Shown here: positions 30,301 to 40,661 of the stretch, one piece after another
Position numbering within the stretch: the stretch's first letter is position 1
Layout of the letters: each line of letters begins with the position of its first letter
DNA from: Candidatus Hadarchaeota archaeon
GTDB lineage: Archaea; CAYQAE01; CAYVLA01
DNA: 64,000 nucleotides
Reading direction: 5' to 3'
NCBI GenBank assembly: GCA_964621445.1
Contig: CAZUNO010000013.1
Span: 16,257 to 80,256, forward strand
Program-made: the position numbers and the translations under genes
Notes under the pieces: model-generated
What the model was told of the DNA's origin: nothing
The model's input: the letters and a program-made list of their open reading frames with translations, nothing else
Databases searched by the model: none

Positions 30301-31328
30301 GCACCGACCAGAAGTATGACTACATCAAAGGCCGCAAGTATGGCCAGATTCATCCAGACACCACCGAGCCCGGCTCCCTGATTCAGGACCTTGTTGAAGG
30401 TATCTGCAAGGTAGAAAGAAGGCAGTACCTTCACGAGAGGTGATGCCACTTGGGGATAGATCACGGTCATGGGTGGAACCATGAAAACGATATATGGTAT
30501 CATGATCCACGAAAAGGAAGATTTCAAATCCCTCGCCGGCGTGGCGATAAGAAAGGCAAACCCGGTCACAAGGATGGCTCCCAGAACAATATTCATCATT
30601 ACCGGAACAATTCCCGCTCCAATCTCCCCCATGAGCGTCAAAACCAACCCAGCTTCCACCGATGTCAGAACCGTGCCAACCACGGTTTTTGCAGTGAAGA
30701 CCTCAGAAGCCGTGGTCGGGGTTACCAATATCGCATTTATTGCGCCCGTCTGCTTTTCCTCAATAATCAGGAAGGCCAGAGCCATCATCTCAACCAGGAG
30801 AACGAGACTGATCCACAAGGGCTTGGCCTGGTCCCTAAATGGAAGTTGTTCGCCGGCATAGTCCTTGCCGATGATCTCCGTGTTGAGGGATACGGGCATT
30901 ACCTGTCCGGTCACCTTGAATGAAAGTTCCTCAAAAAGAGCCTTGATGGGCTCTCTCGCATCCTCGGGGACGACTGAAGAAAAGTAGAGGTCCACCTCAG
31001 GCTTTTCTCCCTTCAACAGAGTCTGAACGAAGTCCGGAGGAAGGATTATTCCTGCCATGACATCTCCGTTCTCCACTGCCCCTTTCAAGGCCTCAGTGTC
31101 ATTATATCGAGAGATCTGCAAAGCCTCGTCTGAAGCATTGATTTGATCAAATACTCCCTCAAGACCGGGAGCCCGGACGGCCAGGTGAAGGCTTTCCTCC
31201 ACCTCTGAAGGCATGAAATGGTACCAGAGAGGCAACATGATGATAATAAGGATGGTAATAACGAGGGTTAGTCTATTTCTAAATATCTCCCCGAAATCCT
31301 TACCGATTAACACCCCTATGGATCGCAA
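30273..31328 (-). CDS. ABC-2 type transporter permease
   Basis: IIEEKQTGAINAILVTP, with the same architecture as its neighbour. Confidence 0.9.
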   Translation of the reverse strand: MRSIGVLIGKDFGEIFRNRLTLVITILIIIMLPLWYHFMPSEVEESLHLAVRAPGLEGVFDQINASDEALQISRYNDTEALKGAVENGDVMAGIILPPDFVQTLLKGEKPEVDLYFSSVVPEDAREPIKALFEELSFKVTGQVMPVSLNTEIIGKDYAGEQLPFRDQAKPLWISLVLLVEMMALAFLIIEEKQTGAINAILVTPTTASEVFTAKTVVGTVLTSVEAGLVLTLMGEIGAGIVPVMMNIVLGAILVTGFAFLIATPARDLKSSFSWIMIPYIVFMVPPMTVIYPQVASPLVKVLPSFYLADTFNKVLNQGAGLGGVWMNLAILAAFDVVILLVGAWVLRRRIR

Positions 31329-31336
31329 AACCAGGT

Positions 31337-32188
31337 CTATAACCCCCTTCCCGTCACCTCAATGAAGATCTCTTCAAGGGTGGCCTCACTGGTATGGATG
31401 GTATCGAAATCTCCTTCCTGGAGTATTGACTTCACCCTCTCCGGGGTCTCCGGGTCATCGAGGTCCAACTCCTCTGCATCATCCTCCATTCCCCCCTTGG
31501 GCCTAACCTTGATTGATCTCCTACCGTATTTTAGTTTCAGATTCTCGGGAGTGTCCAAGGCATCTATCTTTCCTTCATTTATGAAAGCGACATGGTCCGA
31601 GAGCTTGTCCGCCTCCATCATATCATGTGTGGTGAGAAGTATCGATGCCCCTCTATCCCTCTCCTCTTCAATAACCCTTCTTATGTTCCTAGCTGACACA
31701 GGGTCCAATCCATCGGTGGGTTCATCCAGAAACAGAACATCGGGCTCGTTCACCAAGGCTCTGGCTATCATCAGCCTCTGCTTCATTCCCTTTGAGAAAT
31801 TCTCCACCCGTTCGTCGCCCCTGCCTTCCAGGTCCACTCGCTCTAGGATGCGATCCGTGTCCGCTTCAACCCCGAACAATTTTCCGAAAAACACGAGATT
31901 GGCCTTAGCGGTCATTCGGGGATATAGGTTCTTTTCCTCAAAACACACGCCTATCTTTGCCGCTGCTTTCTGAGCTTCATGCACCATGTCGAGTCCAAGC
32001 ACGCTGGCCTTCCCTTCCTCCGGTTTTAGTTGTCCCGTAAGCAACTTGACGGTCGTCGTTTTCCCTGCCCCATTTGGGCCTAGGAAACCTAAGATTTCAC
32101 CATCTTGAACCTCAAAACTAACGTGATCAACGGCCACTAGATCATCGTAAGAGAAGGTTAGATTATCGGCTATTATTGGAGCCTGCAA
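31337..32188 (-). CDS. ABC transporter ATP-binding protein
   Basis: GPNGAGKTT, FSKGMKQR, LFLDEPT and TTH. Confidence 0.95.
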   Translation of the reverse strand: MQAPIIADNLTFSYDDLVAVDHVSFEVQDGEILGFLGPNGAGKTTTVKLLTGQLKPEEGKASVLGLDMVHEAQKAAAKIGVCFEEKNLYPRMTAKANLVFFGKLFGVEADTDRILERVDLEGRGDERVENFSKGMKQRLMIARALVNEPDVLFLDEPTDGLDPVSARNIRRVIEEERDRGASILLTTHDMMEADKLSDHVAFINEGKIDALDTPENLKLKYGRRSIKVRPKGGMEDDAEELDLDDPETPERVKSILQEGDFDTIHTSEATLEEIFIEVTGRGL

Positions 32189-32272
32189 CTCAACACATCC
32201 TTCCTCATTTTGATTCCTTTGCCAATTGCTGAGTAATCATTTAAAGGACAACCTATATCTTTTCCGCCGTTA

Positions 32273-33010
32273 TTGTACGGGGAATTAAGGATGGAAGAGG
32301 AATACGGGCTCCGGAAGGTGGTTATTGAACTAAAACCCGAGGTGATATCCAAGTTTGGAATGGATTCCATTTTCGAAAAGGCCAAGTATATAGAACCAAA
32401 ACAATTCGTGAAGCTAGATTATGAGAGAGGACTGAAGGTTGTAGTTGCCGACATCATGATGAAGCCCGGACACGACCTTAAGAAACTTGAATTCCCTAAA
32501 GGAGCCACCATTCTTTACGTTCTCGGAGAAAAGGGAAGCAAATACACCTGCCTCCTCAAATCGGATGTCCAAGTATCTCTCAAGGGCCTGTTAGGCGTGG
32601 GCTGGCAAGCAATTAAAAAGGTGCCGCCATTTTCGGAGGCACTTGAACACCTGAAACAGCGGGTGGAATTCGTACCAGTGCCGCCATTTCTTATATCCGA
32701 GGAAAAGACCGTATTTAGTTTCATAGGAGATAAGAAAAGTACGGAGGCCATTCTTAACATATTCAGGTTTTTCAATGTGGTCAAAGCCGTCCGTTTTCTA
32801 GAGCCCTCATACGGGGAATTTGATTTGTTAGCATGCCTGACCGGGAGGGAAAGGGAGGTAATGATGACCGCCAGAAGACTGGGTTATTATCAGTATCCAC
32901 GGGCTGCATCAACTAAGGAAATCGCTCAGGAACTGGGTATAACTAAAACAACGTTAATTGAGCATCTAAGAAAGGCGGAAAACAAACTCGTTACCAGCGT
33001 AATCGCTTGA
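32273..33010 (+). CDS. Transcriptional regulator with C-terminal HTH_10 (Bat-like) domain
   Basis: LTGRERE...GYYQYPR...EIAQELGITKTTLIEHLRKAE. It is divergent from the ABC operon. Confidence 0.85.
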   Translation: MYGELRMEEEYGLRKVVIELKPEVISKFGMDSIFEKAKYIEPKQFVKLDYERGLKVVVADIMMKPGHDLKKLEFPKGATILYVLGEKGSKYTCLLKSDVQVSLKGLLGVGWQAIKKVPPFSEALEHLKQRVEFVPVPPFLISEEKTVFSFIGDKKSTEAILNIFRFFNVVKAVRFLEPSYGEFDLLACLTGREREVMMTARRLGYYQYPRAASTKEIAQELGITKTTLIEHLRKAENKLVTSVIA

Positions 33011-33073
33011 ATATTCCTACCCAGGTCAACACATTAATAGCACCCCTGGCTTATGATTATTCGGAGGTCCGAA

Positions 33074-33328
33074 ATGAGCGAGGAGAAGAAGATCGGAAGG
33101 GTGGCTCACTACTTCTCCAATATCGGAGTCGCCGTTATTGAACTGACAGATACAATCAGGGAAGGAGAGAATATACACATAAAGGGTGCTCACACGGATT
33201 TCGAGCAGCAAGCAAAAAGCATGCAGATCGAGCACGAAGATATTGAGGAGGCTGGAGCTGGCCAATCCATCGGCCTGAAGGTCAAGAGTCGAGTTCGGGA
33301 GAATGATGAGGTCTTCAAGGTTCTCTAG
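33074..33328 (+). CDS. Small translation-factor domain II-like beta-barrel protein
   Basis: IGRVAHYFSNIGVA...SMQIEH...AGQSIGLKV..RVRENDEVF, with a GGAGGT RBS. Confidence 0.8.
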   Translation: MSEEKKIGRVAHYFSNIGVAVIELTDTIREGENIHIKGAHTDFEQQAKSMQIEHEDIEEAGAGQSIGLKVKSRVRENDEVFKVL

Positions 33329-33422
33329 CCTGAAAATACTACTCATCTCCCAGTCATGAATCGGGGTCAAGGAATCCGTTCTGCTGGGAGCAATTTTTCT
33401 AGTCGTCGTTAAAGTCCGATAT

Positions 33423-34415
33423 ATGAGCCAAGGGAAGATAGGAATTGGCCTGATAGGAGCTGGAACGGTTGCTGACTATGGTCATCTGCCTGCGATAACA
33501 TCAAGGGATGATTGTAAGCTAACCATGGTCGCTGACATTTCGGAAAGCCGATTAAGTAGGGCCGAGGAAAAGTTCGGAGCAACTGGAACTCAAGATTATT
33601 CCGAATTACTAGATCGAGAGGATATCGACGCAGTCTCGGTTTGCACACCAGTAGAAACCCACAAGCAGATATCCCTAGATGCCCTCGAGGCCGGAAAGTA
33701 CGTTTTTTGCGAGAAGCCTCTAGCTTCGACGGTTGAGGATTGCCAGGCAATAGTTGAAGCGGTGGATAGAACTGACGGTTTTCTGGCCGTTGATTTTCAT
33801 CTTAGGCTATCCGAGGACGTGCTGGCGATGAAGGAGCATATAGAAAAGGGCGATATTGGAAGGCTCGAGATTCTTCGCTTCATTACCAATTGGGGATGCC
33901 ACGGCGTCGGGGGCGAGAAGGGGGAAAGGAGGGCCCGGTTCATGCGCAGTGGCGGTCCCATGCTTGACAACGGGGTACATTTCTTCGACCTGGCCCGCTA
34001 CTTGACAGGTATGGAAATAACGGATTTGGAGGCCGAGGGACAGTGGGTTGAACCACAATTTGACTACCCGGGGCATGTAATATGCACCTCTAGGCTGGAT
34101 TCCCGCGTACTATGCCTCATTGAGATGAGTTATGTATACGGACATACAACTAAGGAGCTTCCATCATCATCCAGAATAGAGATAATTGGATCAGACGGCT
34201 TGATAGCCGACAATAAGGTCTATGGCCCGGAGGGAAGCGTTCAACTGCCTCTTGGTGGTAAGAAGAGATTCGATCGTATCTATGATGCCTTTCTCAAGGT
34301 GGTCCGCACCGGAAGCTCCGAGGGCAATCCCATAGCCACCGCCACCGATGGCGCAAGGGCCACCGAGGCCTCGCTGAAAGCGGTAGAGAAAGCAATGGCC
34401 TCCAAGCCCTCATGA
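33423..34415 (+). CDS. Gfo/Idh/MocA family oxidoreductase
   Basis: GLIGAGTVA, VFCEKP and DNGVHFFD. Confidence 0.9.
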   Translation: MSQGKIGIGLIGAGTVADYGHLPAITSRDDCKLTMVADISESRLSRAEEKFGATGTQDYSELLDREDIDAVSVCTPVETHKQISLDALEAGKYVFCEKPLASTVEDCQAIVEAVDRTDGFLAVDFHLRLSEDVLAMKEHIEKGDIGRLEILRFITNWGCHGVGGEKGERRARFMRSGGPMLDNGVHFFDLARYLTGMEITDLEAEGQWVEPQFDYPGHVICTSRLDSRVLCLIEMSYVYGHTTKELPSSSRIEIIGSDGLIADNKVYGPEGSVQLPLGGKKRFDRIYDAFLKVVRTGSSEGNPIATATDGARATEASLKAVEKAMASKPS

Positions 34416-34426
34416 ACCCTAGGGTC

Positions 34427-35128
34427 TCATCTCTCGGTTATGGACACGTTCATGGTTACGTCCTCAGTTGGGGGTCCATCGTACCTCTCCGCGCTTGCGG
34501 GCACCAGGGAACTTATCTCATCCACGACATCGAAACCATCTATGACCTTGCCGAAGACTACAAAAGGTGGATCATAGTTATCGAGATTCTCGTTGTCCTT
34601 TAGGTTAATGAAGAATTGGCAGGATGCGGAATTTGGGTCGTTTCCCTTCCTGGCCATAGCAATGGTGTATTTCTTGTTCTTTAGCGTCGTGTTTTCCCAG
34701 GGAATGGTCTCGGTTCCCCCCGTCCCATCACCCTCCGGGTCTCCTCCCTGTATGACGAAATCCTCCGCCACCCGGTGGAAGGTCAAACCGTCATAAAAGC
34801 CGCTCTCGGCCAGGTCGATGAAATTCCCGGCGGTCACCGGAGCATTATCGGTATCCAGCTCCACCTCAAAGGAACCTAGATTTGTTTCAAATATCGCGAT
34901 CTTACTATTCTTCACCTTTGGTTCACCTCTTGAAAGAAAAAATGCCACTATCGCCACCAAAGCAACGATGACAACGATATATGGCAGATAACCCTTTATA
35001 TCCTCAAGTTGGTTCTCTTCTTCTCCACTTGAACCCATCCTATCTGGGTGATATTTACTCATATGTCGCCTGAACTTGCTCTTGCTGACGGCGTCTCCAC
35101 ATTCTGGGCAGATTTTCTTCTTTGGCAC
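34427..35128 (-). CDS. Membrane-anchored cyclophilin-type peptidyl-prolyl isomerase with N-terminal C2H2 zinc finger
   Basis: CPECG...HMSKYH, then a TM helix, then FYDGLTFHRV..FVIQGGDP, QFFINL and VFGKV. Confidence 0.9.
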   Translation of the reverse strand: MPKKKICPECGDAVSKSKFRRHMSKYHPDRMGSSGEEENQLEDIKGYLPYIVVIVALVAIVAFFLSRGEPKVKNSKIAIFETNLGSFEVELDTDNAPVTAGNFIDLAESGFYDGLTFHRVAEDFVIQGGDPEGDGTGGTETIPWENTTLKNKKYTIAMARKGNDPNSASCQFFINLKDNENLDNYDPPFVVFGKVIDGFDVVDEISSLVPASAERYDGPPTEDVTMNVSITER

Positions 35129-35248
35129 TTCACTATTCTATCGGGGCCCCGCTTAATAATTTGGCCACCTCGCGATGAGGGAATTACATGTTAGATTCAG
35201 ATAAGGAGAAAATCTTCGAGAGCCGAACCTTTTTCAGATCTAGCCGCA

Positions 35249-36502
35249 TTGACAACATCGGTAAGAAAAATGCACCCCAGCACCACCGCAAGTCAGCTAT
35301 ATTCCGAATTCAAGGATATGAAGGTAATAGATGCTCACGAACATCTGGCTCCTGAAAGAGTTAGGACCTCTCAAGAAATGGACGTATGCGATCTCTTTGT
35401 TCACTATACCAGGACGGACTTTCTTTGCTCGGGCATGTCGGAGGATGAATGGGAGGCCATGCACGACAAGGATAGACCCTTAAATAAACGCTGGAAAATC
35501 CTCCATAAATACCTAGAGCACATTAGATATGGGTCCTATGCACGACCTGCCTTCATATATGCCAAACACCTTGGATTTGATGATATTACCGAGGATAACT
35601 ATCAAGAGATATCACGAAGGCTCCAGGAGGAGAACCAGCCAGGGATATATCGTAAGGTTTTAGGGGATCTTTGCAACATCAAGGCCGCCCTGACCCAAGC
35701 CAACCGTACCGACTATGATCTTGACTTCATGATTCCCTTAATGCCCCTTGATAACTATGCGAGGGTGACAGGATGGAGCGATATCGAGGAAAGATCGCAG
35801 GAACTTGGTGGGGGCTCTGAGACCCTCGACGATTACCTGGAAACCACCCGTAGAGGCCTAAAAAGGTGGATTCGCAATGGTGCCGTGGGGATAAAGATGG
35901 TCTCCATGGATTACGGGAGGCCCGAAAGGACCAATGCTGTTGCTATTTTCGATGATTTGAAACGCAAACCTGAAAAAAAGCTTTCCGAGATGAACCCTCT
36001 TAGAGACTTCTTAATGGATGAAATGCTGGAAATCGCATGCGAGCTGGATCTCGTGGTTGCCGTCCACACCGGTGTGTGGGGGGACTTCCGTACCCTGGAC
36101 CCCAAATTCATGATTAACATCGTAGCCAGGCACCGACAGACCACCTTCGACATCTATCACATGGGAATGCCCTGGGTAAGGGAAGCTGGGCTTATAGGAA
36201 AGAACAACCCAAACGTGTATCTAAACCTTTGCTGGTCACATATCGTATCCCCGGAGATGACTTGTTCGGCCCTGGACGAATACCTGGATATGGTTCCTGT
36301 AAATAAGATTATCGGGTTTGGGGGAGATTACGGGAAGCCGGTCGAAAAGGTATATGGACATCTAAGGATGGCAAAGGAAAATATTGCCAGGGTTCTTGGT
36401 AGAAGGATTGATGCAGGGCTTCTCTCGCAGGATGATGCCTTGAGCATTGCCGAGAAATGGTTTTACGGGAACCCTAAGAAGGTTTATGATCTTAGCGTTT
36501 AG
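35249..36502 (+). CDS. Amidohydrolase family protein (uronate isomerase-like)
   Basis: IDAHEH, VHTG, YH.G.P, NVYLNLCW and GFGGDY. Confidence 0.85.
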   Translation: MTTSVRKMHPSTTASQLYSEFKDMKVIDAHEHLAPERVRTSQEMDVCDLFVHYTRTDFLCSGMSEDEWEAMHDKDRPLNKRWKILHKYLEHIRYGSYARPAFIYAKHLGFDDITEDNYQEISRRLQEENQPGIYRKVLGDLCNIKAALTQANRTDYDLDFMIPLMPLDNYARVTGWSDIEERSQELGGGSETLDDYLETTRRGLKRWIRNGAVGIKMVSMDYGRPERTNAVAIFDDLKRKPEKKLSEMNPLRDFLMDEMLEIACELDLVVAVHTGVWGDFRTLDPKFMINIVARHRQTTFDIYHMGMPWVREAGLIGKNNPNVYLNLCWSHIVSPEMTCSALDEYLDMVPVNKIIGFGGDYGKPVEKVYGHLRMAKENIARVLGRRIDAGLLSQDDALSIAEKWFYGNPKKVYDLSV

Positions 36503-36519
36503 TCCTAACTCAGGAGGAA

Positions 36520-37350
36520 TCAAGAGGTTCTCTCTTTTATTACTTCAAGCATCTTGCGATGATCCTCCATGGTCGGGCTTTCCGAAATTACGGTCGCATC
36601 CTTGATTTGCATTTCATCCAATGCATCCAGAAGGTGGTTCAGGTCCATATCTCCCTCGCCATATGGTAGATGCTTTCTCTCTTTCCCATCTTCGTATTTA
36701 ACCTCGGAGAACTGGTGCCTGGTTTTATCCAGGGCCTCACTACCCAGATTATCCTCTATATCCGAAAGTATCTCGATATATGATTCCTCATTTTCGAGGC
36801 ATCCGTTACACGTAGCCTGCACGTGACCCCAATCGATCAAGGGATAAATTATGTCGGAAAGACTACAGATGTCAATTATATCCTCCAAATACCCGCCGAA
36901 ATCCCGTTTATTCCCCATGTTTTCCACGCCCACGATAACGTCGGTTATCCCATTACTTTCAAGTCTCTCTTCCAGTTCCTTGCACCTCTTCTCCACCGTG
37001 GACATCACCTCCGATCGTGTCCTTTCCATGTAGAAGCCGGGATGAACCGTTATCCCATCCCCGCCCATGAGATGGACAAGATTTGCCGTGTGATGCATCA
37101 TGGCCACTGCCATCTTCCGTTTCTTGCTGTCCCCCTGGCTAAGAACCCCGTAAAACGGCGCATGGGCTCTTATGGTCATCCCCATTTCCGAGATCTCGTC
37201 CTTTGCCCGTGAGGCGTCTTCCTTTTCGACCCAAAATTCCTTGACGAAATCAAGCTCGCAGGCATCGAAACCTTGATCCTTCAAGTCGGAGAGGCTTTCA
37301 GTTAATCCTTGATCTCCAGGAAGTCCTGAGGGGCCAAATCGGATCCTCAT
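36520..37350 (-). CDS. Endonuclease IV-like AP endonuclease
   Basis: RFGPSG, HAPFY, VHPGFY, ENMG, IDWGH, EHLP-like ERKHLP and ISESP. Confidence 0.8.
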   Translation of the reverse strand: MRIRFGPSGLPGDQGLTESLSDLKDQGFDACELDFVKEFWVEKEDASRAKDEISEMGMTIRAHAPFYGVLSQGDSKKRKMAVAMMHHTANLVHLMGGDGITVHPGFYMERTRSEVMSTVEKRCKELEERLESNGITDVIVGVENMGNKRDFGGYLEDIIDICSLSDIIYPLIDWGHVQATCNGCLENEESYIEILSDIEDNLGSEALDKTRHQFSEVKYEDGKERKHLPYGEGDMDLNHLLDALDEMQIKDATVISESPTMEDHRKMLEVIKERTS

Positions 37351-37404
37351 CCATACCTAGGTTTAGAAGAATATCTTAATAATCCCTGCGTTTACCAGGA
37401 TTCG

Positions 37405-37977
37405 TTGACTAACGAGCTCGATTCGCTGGCGGATGAAATAAGGAATTGCCGTCGCTGTCCCTTATGGAAATCTCGAGATGAAGCCGTGCCGGGAGAGGGG
37501 CCGAGCTCCGCTTCATGTATGCTGATAGGAGAGAGCCCGGGAAAGGAAGAGAACAATACGGGAAGACCCTTCGTTGGAAGATCCGGAGATTTCCTCAATA
37601 AATCATTGGAGAAGTCGGGCTTGAGGCGCAAAGATTTCTTCATCACCGGGTCCGTTAAATGCCATCCTCCACAAAACCGAGATCCCAAGGCAGAGGAACT
37701 GGAATCCTGCAGACCCTACCTGGATAGACAGATCAAAATCATAGCTCCCCATATTCTAGTCCTTCTTGGACGAATCGCCACCAAAGGCTTTCTGGGTAGA
37801 AACAAGGTTACCGATATTCGAGGGCGGGTTGTGAAAGAGAACGATCGCCTGCTTCTGGCAACATTCCACCCCGCGGCTGCCATGAGATTCCCCTCAAGAA
37901 GAAAGCCCTTCCTGGAGGATATGGAAACCTTATCTTCCCTGCTCGAGGAACGGGATCTGAAAGGCGCATCTCTCTAG
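37405..37977 (+). CDS. Uracil-DNA glycosylase family 4
   Basis: CRRCPL, GESPG, GRPFVGRSG, KCHPP and TFHPAA. Confidence 0.93.
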   Translation: MTNELDSLADEIRNCRRCPLWKSRDEAVPGEGPSSASCMLIGESPGKEENNTGRPFVGRSGDFLNKSLEKSGLRRKDFFITGSVKCHPPQNRDPKAEELESCRPYLDRQIKIIAPHILVLLGRIATKGFLGRNKVTDIRGRVVKENDRLLLATFHPAAAMRFPSRRKPFLEDMETLSSLLEERDLKGASL

Positions 37978-38834
37978 AAGCTTGGTACCACCTTGCGGGC
38001 AAACTGGCGCATGGATGCCACCATCTCATCTACATTTTCGAATTCGAATCTGGGAATCATATGGGTCACTCCCCTGGAGAGGTATTTCTCCACGATATCA
38101 ATTGCTGACCCGTCTTTCATTTCGTCCATGGAGAATGTATAGTTACATGATATGGAAATCACATCAGCATCTCGGCCGGAATCCTCAGCAAATTCTCGTA
38201 TCTTCCCAATCTTTTTGGATAAATCCCCTGGGTCCAACTGCCCCATGGGAAGCCAGCCATCCCCCAGGGAAGCCACCCTGTTAAGGGCGGCATCACTATT
38301 ACCACCGACCCAGATGGGGATGCTTCCTTTAACTGGCCGGGGCTGAAAGTTATGAGCGGGGACCTTGATGAACCGGCCTTCATGGGCCTTTCCCTGCCAG
38401 AGGTCTCTGAGGCTCTCTATGTAATCATCCGATATCTTACCCCTGTCATCATAATTCACATTTGAAACTTGCATCTCCTCTTTCATCCATCCAATTCCTA
38501 TCCCCAGATCCAGTCTCCCCTGGGAAATCACGTCCAAGCTTGCCGTTGCCCTGGCAAGGAGCACGGGATTCCTCACAGGTAGGATCAGGACCTGTGTGCC
38601 AATTCGTATGGAGCTGGTTCTGCTGGCTATATGTGAAAGCGTAATTAGAGGCTCGAAGGCCGTTGGACTCCTCTTGCTCCAGGATTGGTTGGGCGGCTCC
38701 GGGACGAGGAGGCGCTCGGCAACCCAAAGGGAGTGGTATCCCAAGGATTCCGCTTCCGATGATATGCGATTGATGGTTTCCGAGGAGGCCAGCCTTCCGA
38801 AATTGGGGAGGGCTATTCCAAATTTCATGGACAT
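37974..38834 (-). CDS. LLM class (probably F420-dependent) oxidoreductase
   Basis: AESLGYHSLWVAE, RNPVLLAR..ASLDV.S.GRL.LG.G.GW and PIWVGG. Confidence 0.88.
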   Translation of the reverse strand: MSMKFGIALPNFGRLASSETINRISSEAESLGYHSLWVAERLLVPEPPNQSWSKRSPTAFEPLITLSHIASRTSSIRIGTQVLILPVRNPVLLARATASLDVISQGRLDLGIGIGWMKEEMQVSNVNYDDRGKISDDYIESLRDLWQGKAHEGRFIKVPAHNFQPRPVKGSIPIWVGGNSDAALNRVASLGDGWLPMGQLDPGDLSKKIGKIREFAEDSGRDADVISISCNYTFSMDEMKDGSAIDIVEKYLSRGVTHMIPRFEFENVDEMVASMRQFARKVVPSF

Positions 38835-38837
38835 GGC

Positions 38838-40373
38838 TTAGCACCTATCCTTATCCTGTTTTTGGGTATAGAAATTTTCCAGGGCCAGAGGAAGTTCTCG
38901 ATATCTCTCGTATAGCTTATCATAGATCCCGGAGTTCTCCGAGGGATGAAAAACCTGATGCTTGATATCTACGGCCTCAAGGCCCTCCTCGATGGTCGAA
39001 TAGATCCCGAGACCGGTAAAACCGGTTAAGGCCGCTCCAAGGACCGTCCCTTCGCTGTAACTACCCACAACTAAGGGAACTCCGGTAACGTCAGCCCTGA
39101 TCTGATTCCAGAGCCGATTTTTTGAACCCCCGCCTACAACCCTTATCCTCTTCGGTTTTACTCCCGTTGAATCAATAATGATGTCAAGAGCCTGTCTCAG
39201 CTGAAAACAGAGACCCTCCACTGACGCTCGGTACAGGGCCGATCTATCCGTATGGAGATCTAATCCCAGGACGGTACCCTTCGTATTGTGATGCTGGGTC
39301 GGTCCGCTGTCCTCGACAAAGCTGGGTATTACCGTGACTCCGCTCGACCCAGGAGGTTGTTCAGAACCTTCCTCTATCAGCTTTTGGTAACTCCCATCGG
39401 GCAGTTCGGGGTAGAAAGCCTTCTTAACCCACTCTAGGACCGCCGATCCCATCATCAATACCTGGGGGTCCCAAATTCCCTCCATTACATCGACCTCCCA
39501 TATCATCCCTCCATTGAACCCGCTCTTTGTCGGCCTGAACTCACCGGTTCTGAGAGCAAGTATCTCCCAGGTCCCGCTCGAGAGAGCCGCTTCCCGGGTG
39601 CTTGCACCGCTGGCCAGGATTGCAAACTGGGTGTCATGACCACCCACTAGAATTGGTAGACCTTCCGGGAGGCCCGTGTTTTCGGAGGCCTTCCTGCTAA
39701 CCTCGCCAGCTATTTCCCCGGGCGTCCGTAACTCCGGCAGAAACTCCGGCGTCAAATTCGCCAGAGAAAGGAGCTTAGATGACCATTCCCTCCGGGACAT
39801 ATCCATTATCATGGTGGTCGAGGCGGAGGTGGGGTCAATATGCATATCAGCTCCCAATCTTGATTCTATTAGTCCCGGCATCATCATCCACCTATTGCCT
39901 CCCTCAAGAGCCTCGGGGGCGTTTTTTCTCAGCCAAATTAGCTTGAATAGGGTGTTCATGGCCATCGTTTGGTTCCCGGAAATCCGATACATCTCCCAAC
40001 TATCCATTTGTTCCGTGACTTCCTCAACCACCTGGGCCATTCTATCACACTGCCAGGATATCACCGGATAGGCCAAGGTTCCTCCCCTTCTTACGGGTGC
40101 GCCATCAACGCCCCAGGTGGCCACGATAACACCTGCTATCCGTGATCTCGGTAAATCAGAGGTTACCTCTCTCATTGACCGAGACAGCTTATCCCAGATC
40201 TCGTCCAGGTTCCATATCCTCCATTCCGGATTCCCGGGCTGCTCGGTGGTACTATTGTGGTGTGAATGTTGAGAGATTATGTGGCCATATCTGTCGACCG
40301 CAATTGCTCTAAGATTGGTCGACCCACAGTCAAGAACGATGATAATTTCCTCTTCTGCCACTGTAATTCCCAT
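38838..40373 (-). CDS. fucK: L-fuculokinase (FGGY carbohydrate kinase)
   Basis: VLDCGSTNLRAIAVD, YPVISWQC, NTLFKLIWL, GHDTQFA, LSSGTWEIL and GGGSKN.LWNQIRAD. Confidence 0.8.
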   Translation of the reverse strand: MGITVAEEEIIIVLDCGSTNLRAIAVDRYGHIISQHSHHNSTTEQPGNPEWRIWNLDEIWDKLSRSMREVTSDLPRSRIAGVIVATWGVDGAPVRRGGTLAYPVISWQCDRMAQVVEEVTEQMDSWEMYRISGNQTMAMNTLFKLIWLRKNAPEALEGGNRWMMMPGLIESRLGADMHIDPTSASTTMIMDMSRREWSSKLLSLANLTPEFLPELRTPGEIAGEVSRKASENTGLPEGLPILVGGHDTQFAILASGASTREAALSSGTWEILALRTGEFRPTKSGFNGGMIWEVDVMEGIWDPQVLMMGSAVLEWVKKAFYPELPDGSYQKLIEEGSEQPPGSSGVTVIPSFVEDSGPTQHHNTKGTVLGLDLHTDRSALYRASVEGLCFQLRQALDIIIDSTGVKPKRIRVVGGGSKNRLWNQIRADVTGVPLVVGSYSEGTVLGAALTGFTGLGIYSTIEEGLEAVDIKHQVFHPSENSGIYDKLYERYRELPLALENFYTQKQDKDRC

Positions 40374-40661
40374 ATAAATCCCTCAGTCCATCTATAAAGT
40401 GATTTCGGCCTTTAGATAAAATCAAACTCTAAAAATACGTTAATCAGTTGGAGAGAAGGGAGGTTTAAAGGGAGTAAATCCTTTTTTCAGCTGTAGTTGA
40501 CCCGCCAATAAAAAGCTTGATTTGAATTAAGGTTATCGAAACTTCGATATTTATAGGAAAAACGGCAATCAAATTCCTGAAATAGATTAAAAATGAAGTC
40601 CAAGCACGAAGCAAACACAGATGGCAGGGTGTTTATCAAAAAGGCCTTACAACAGGACAAT

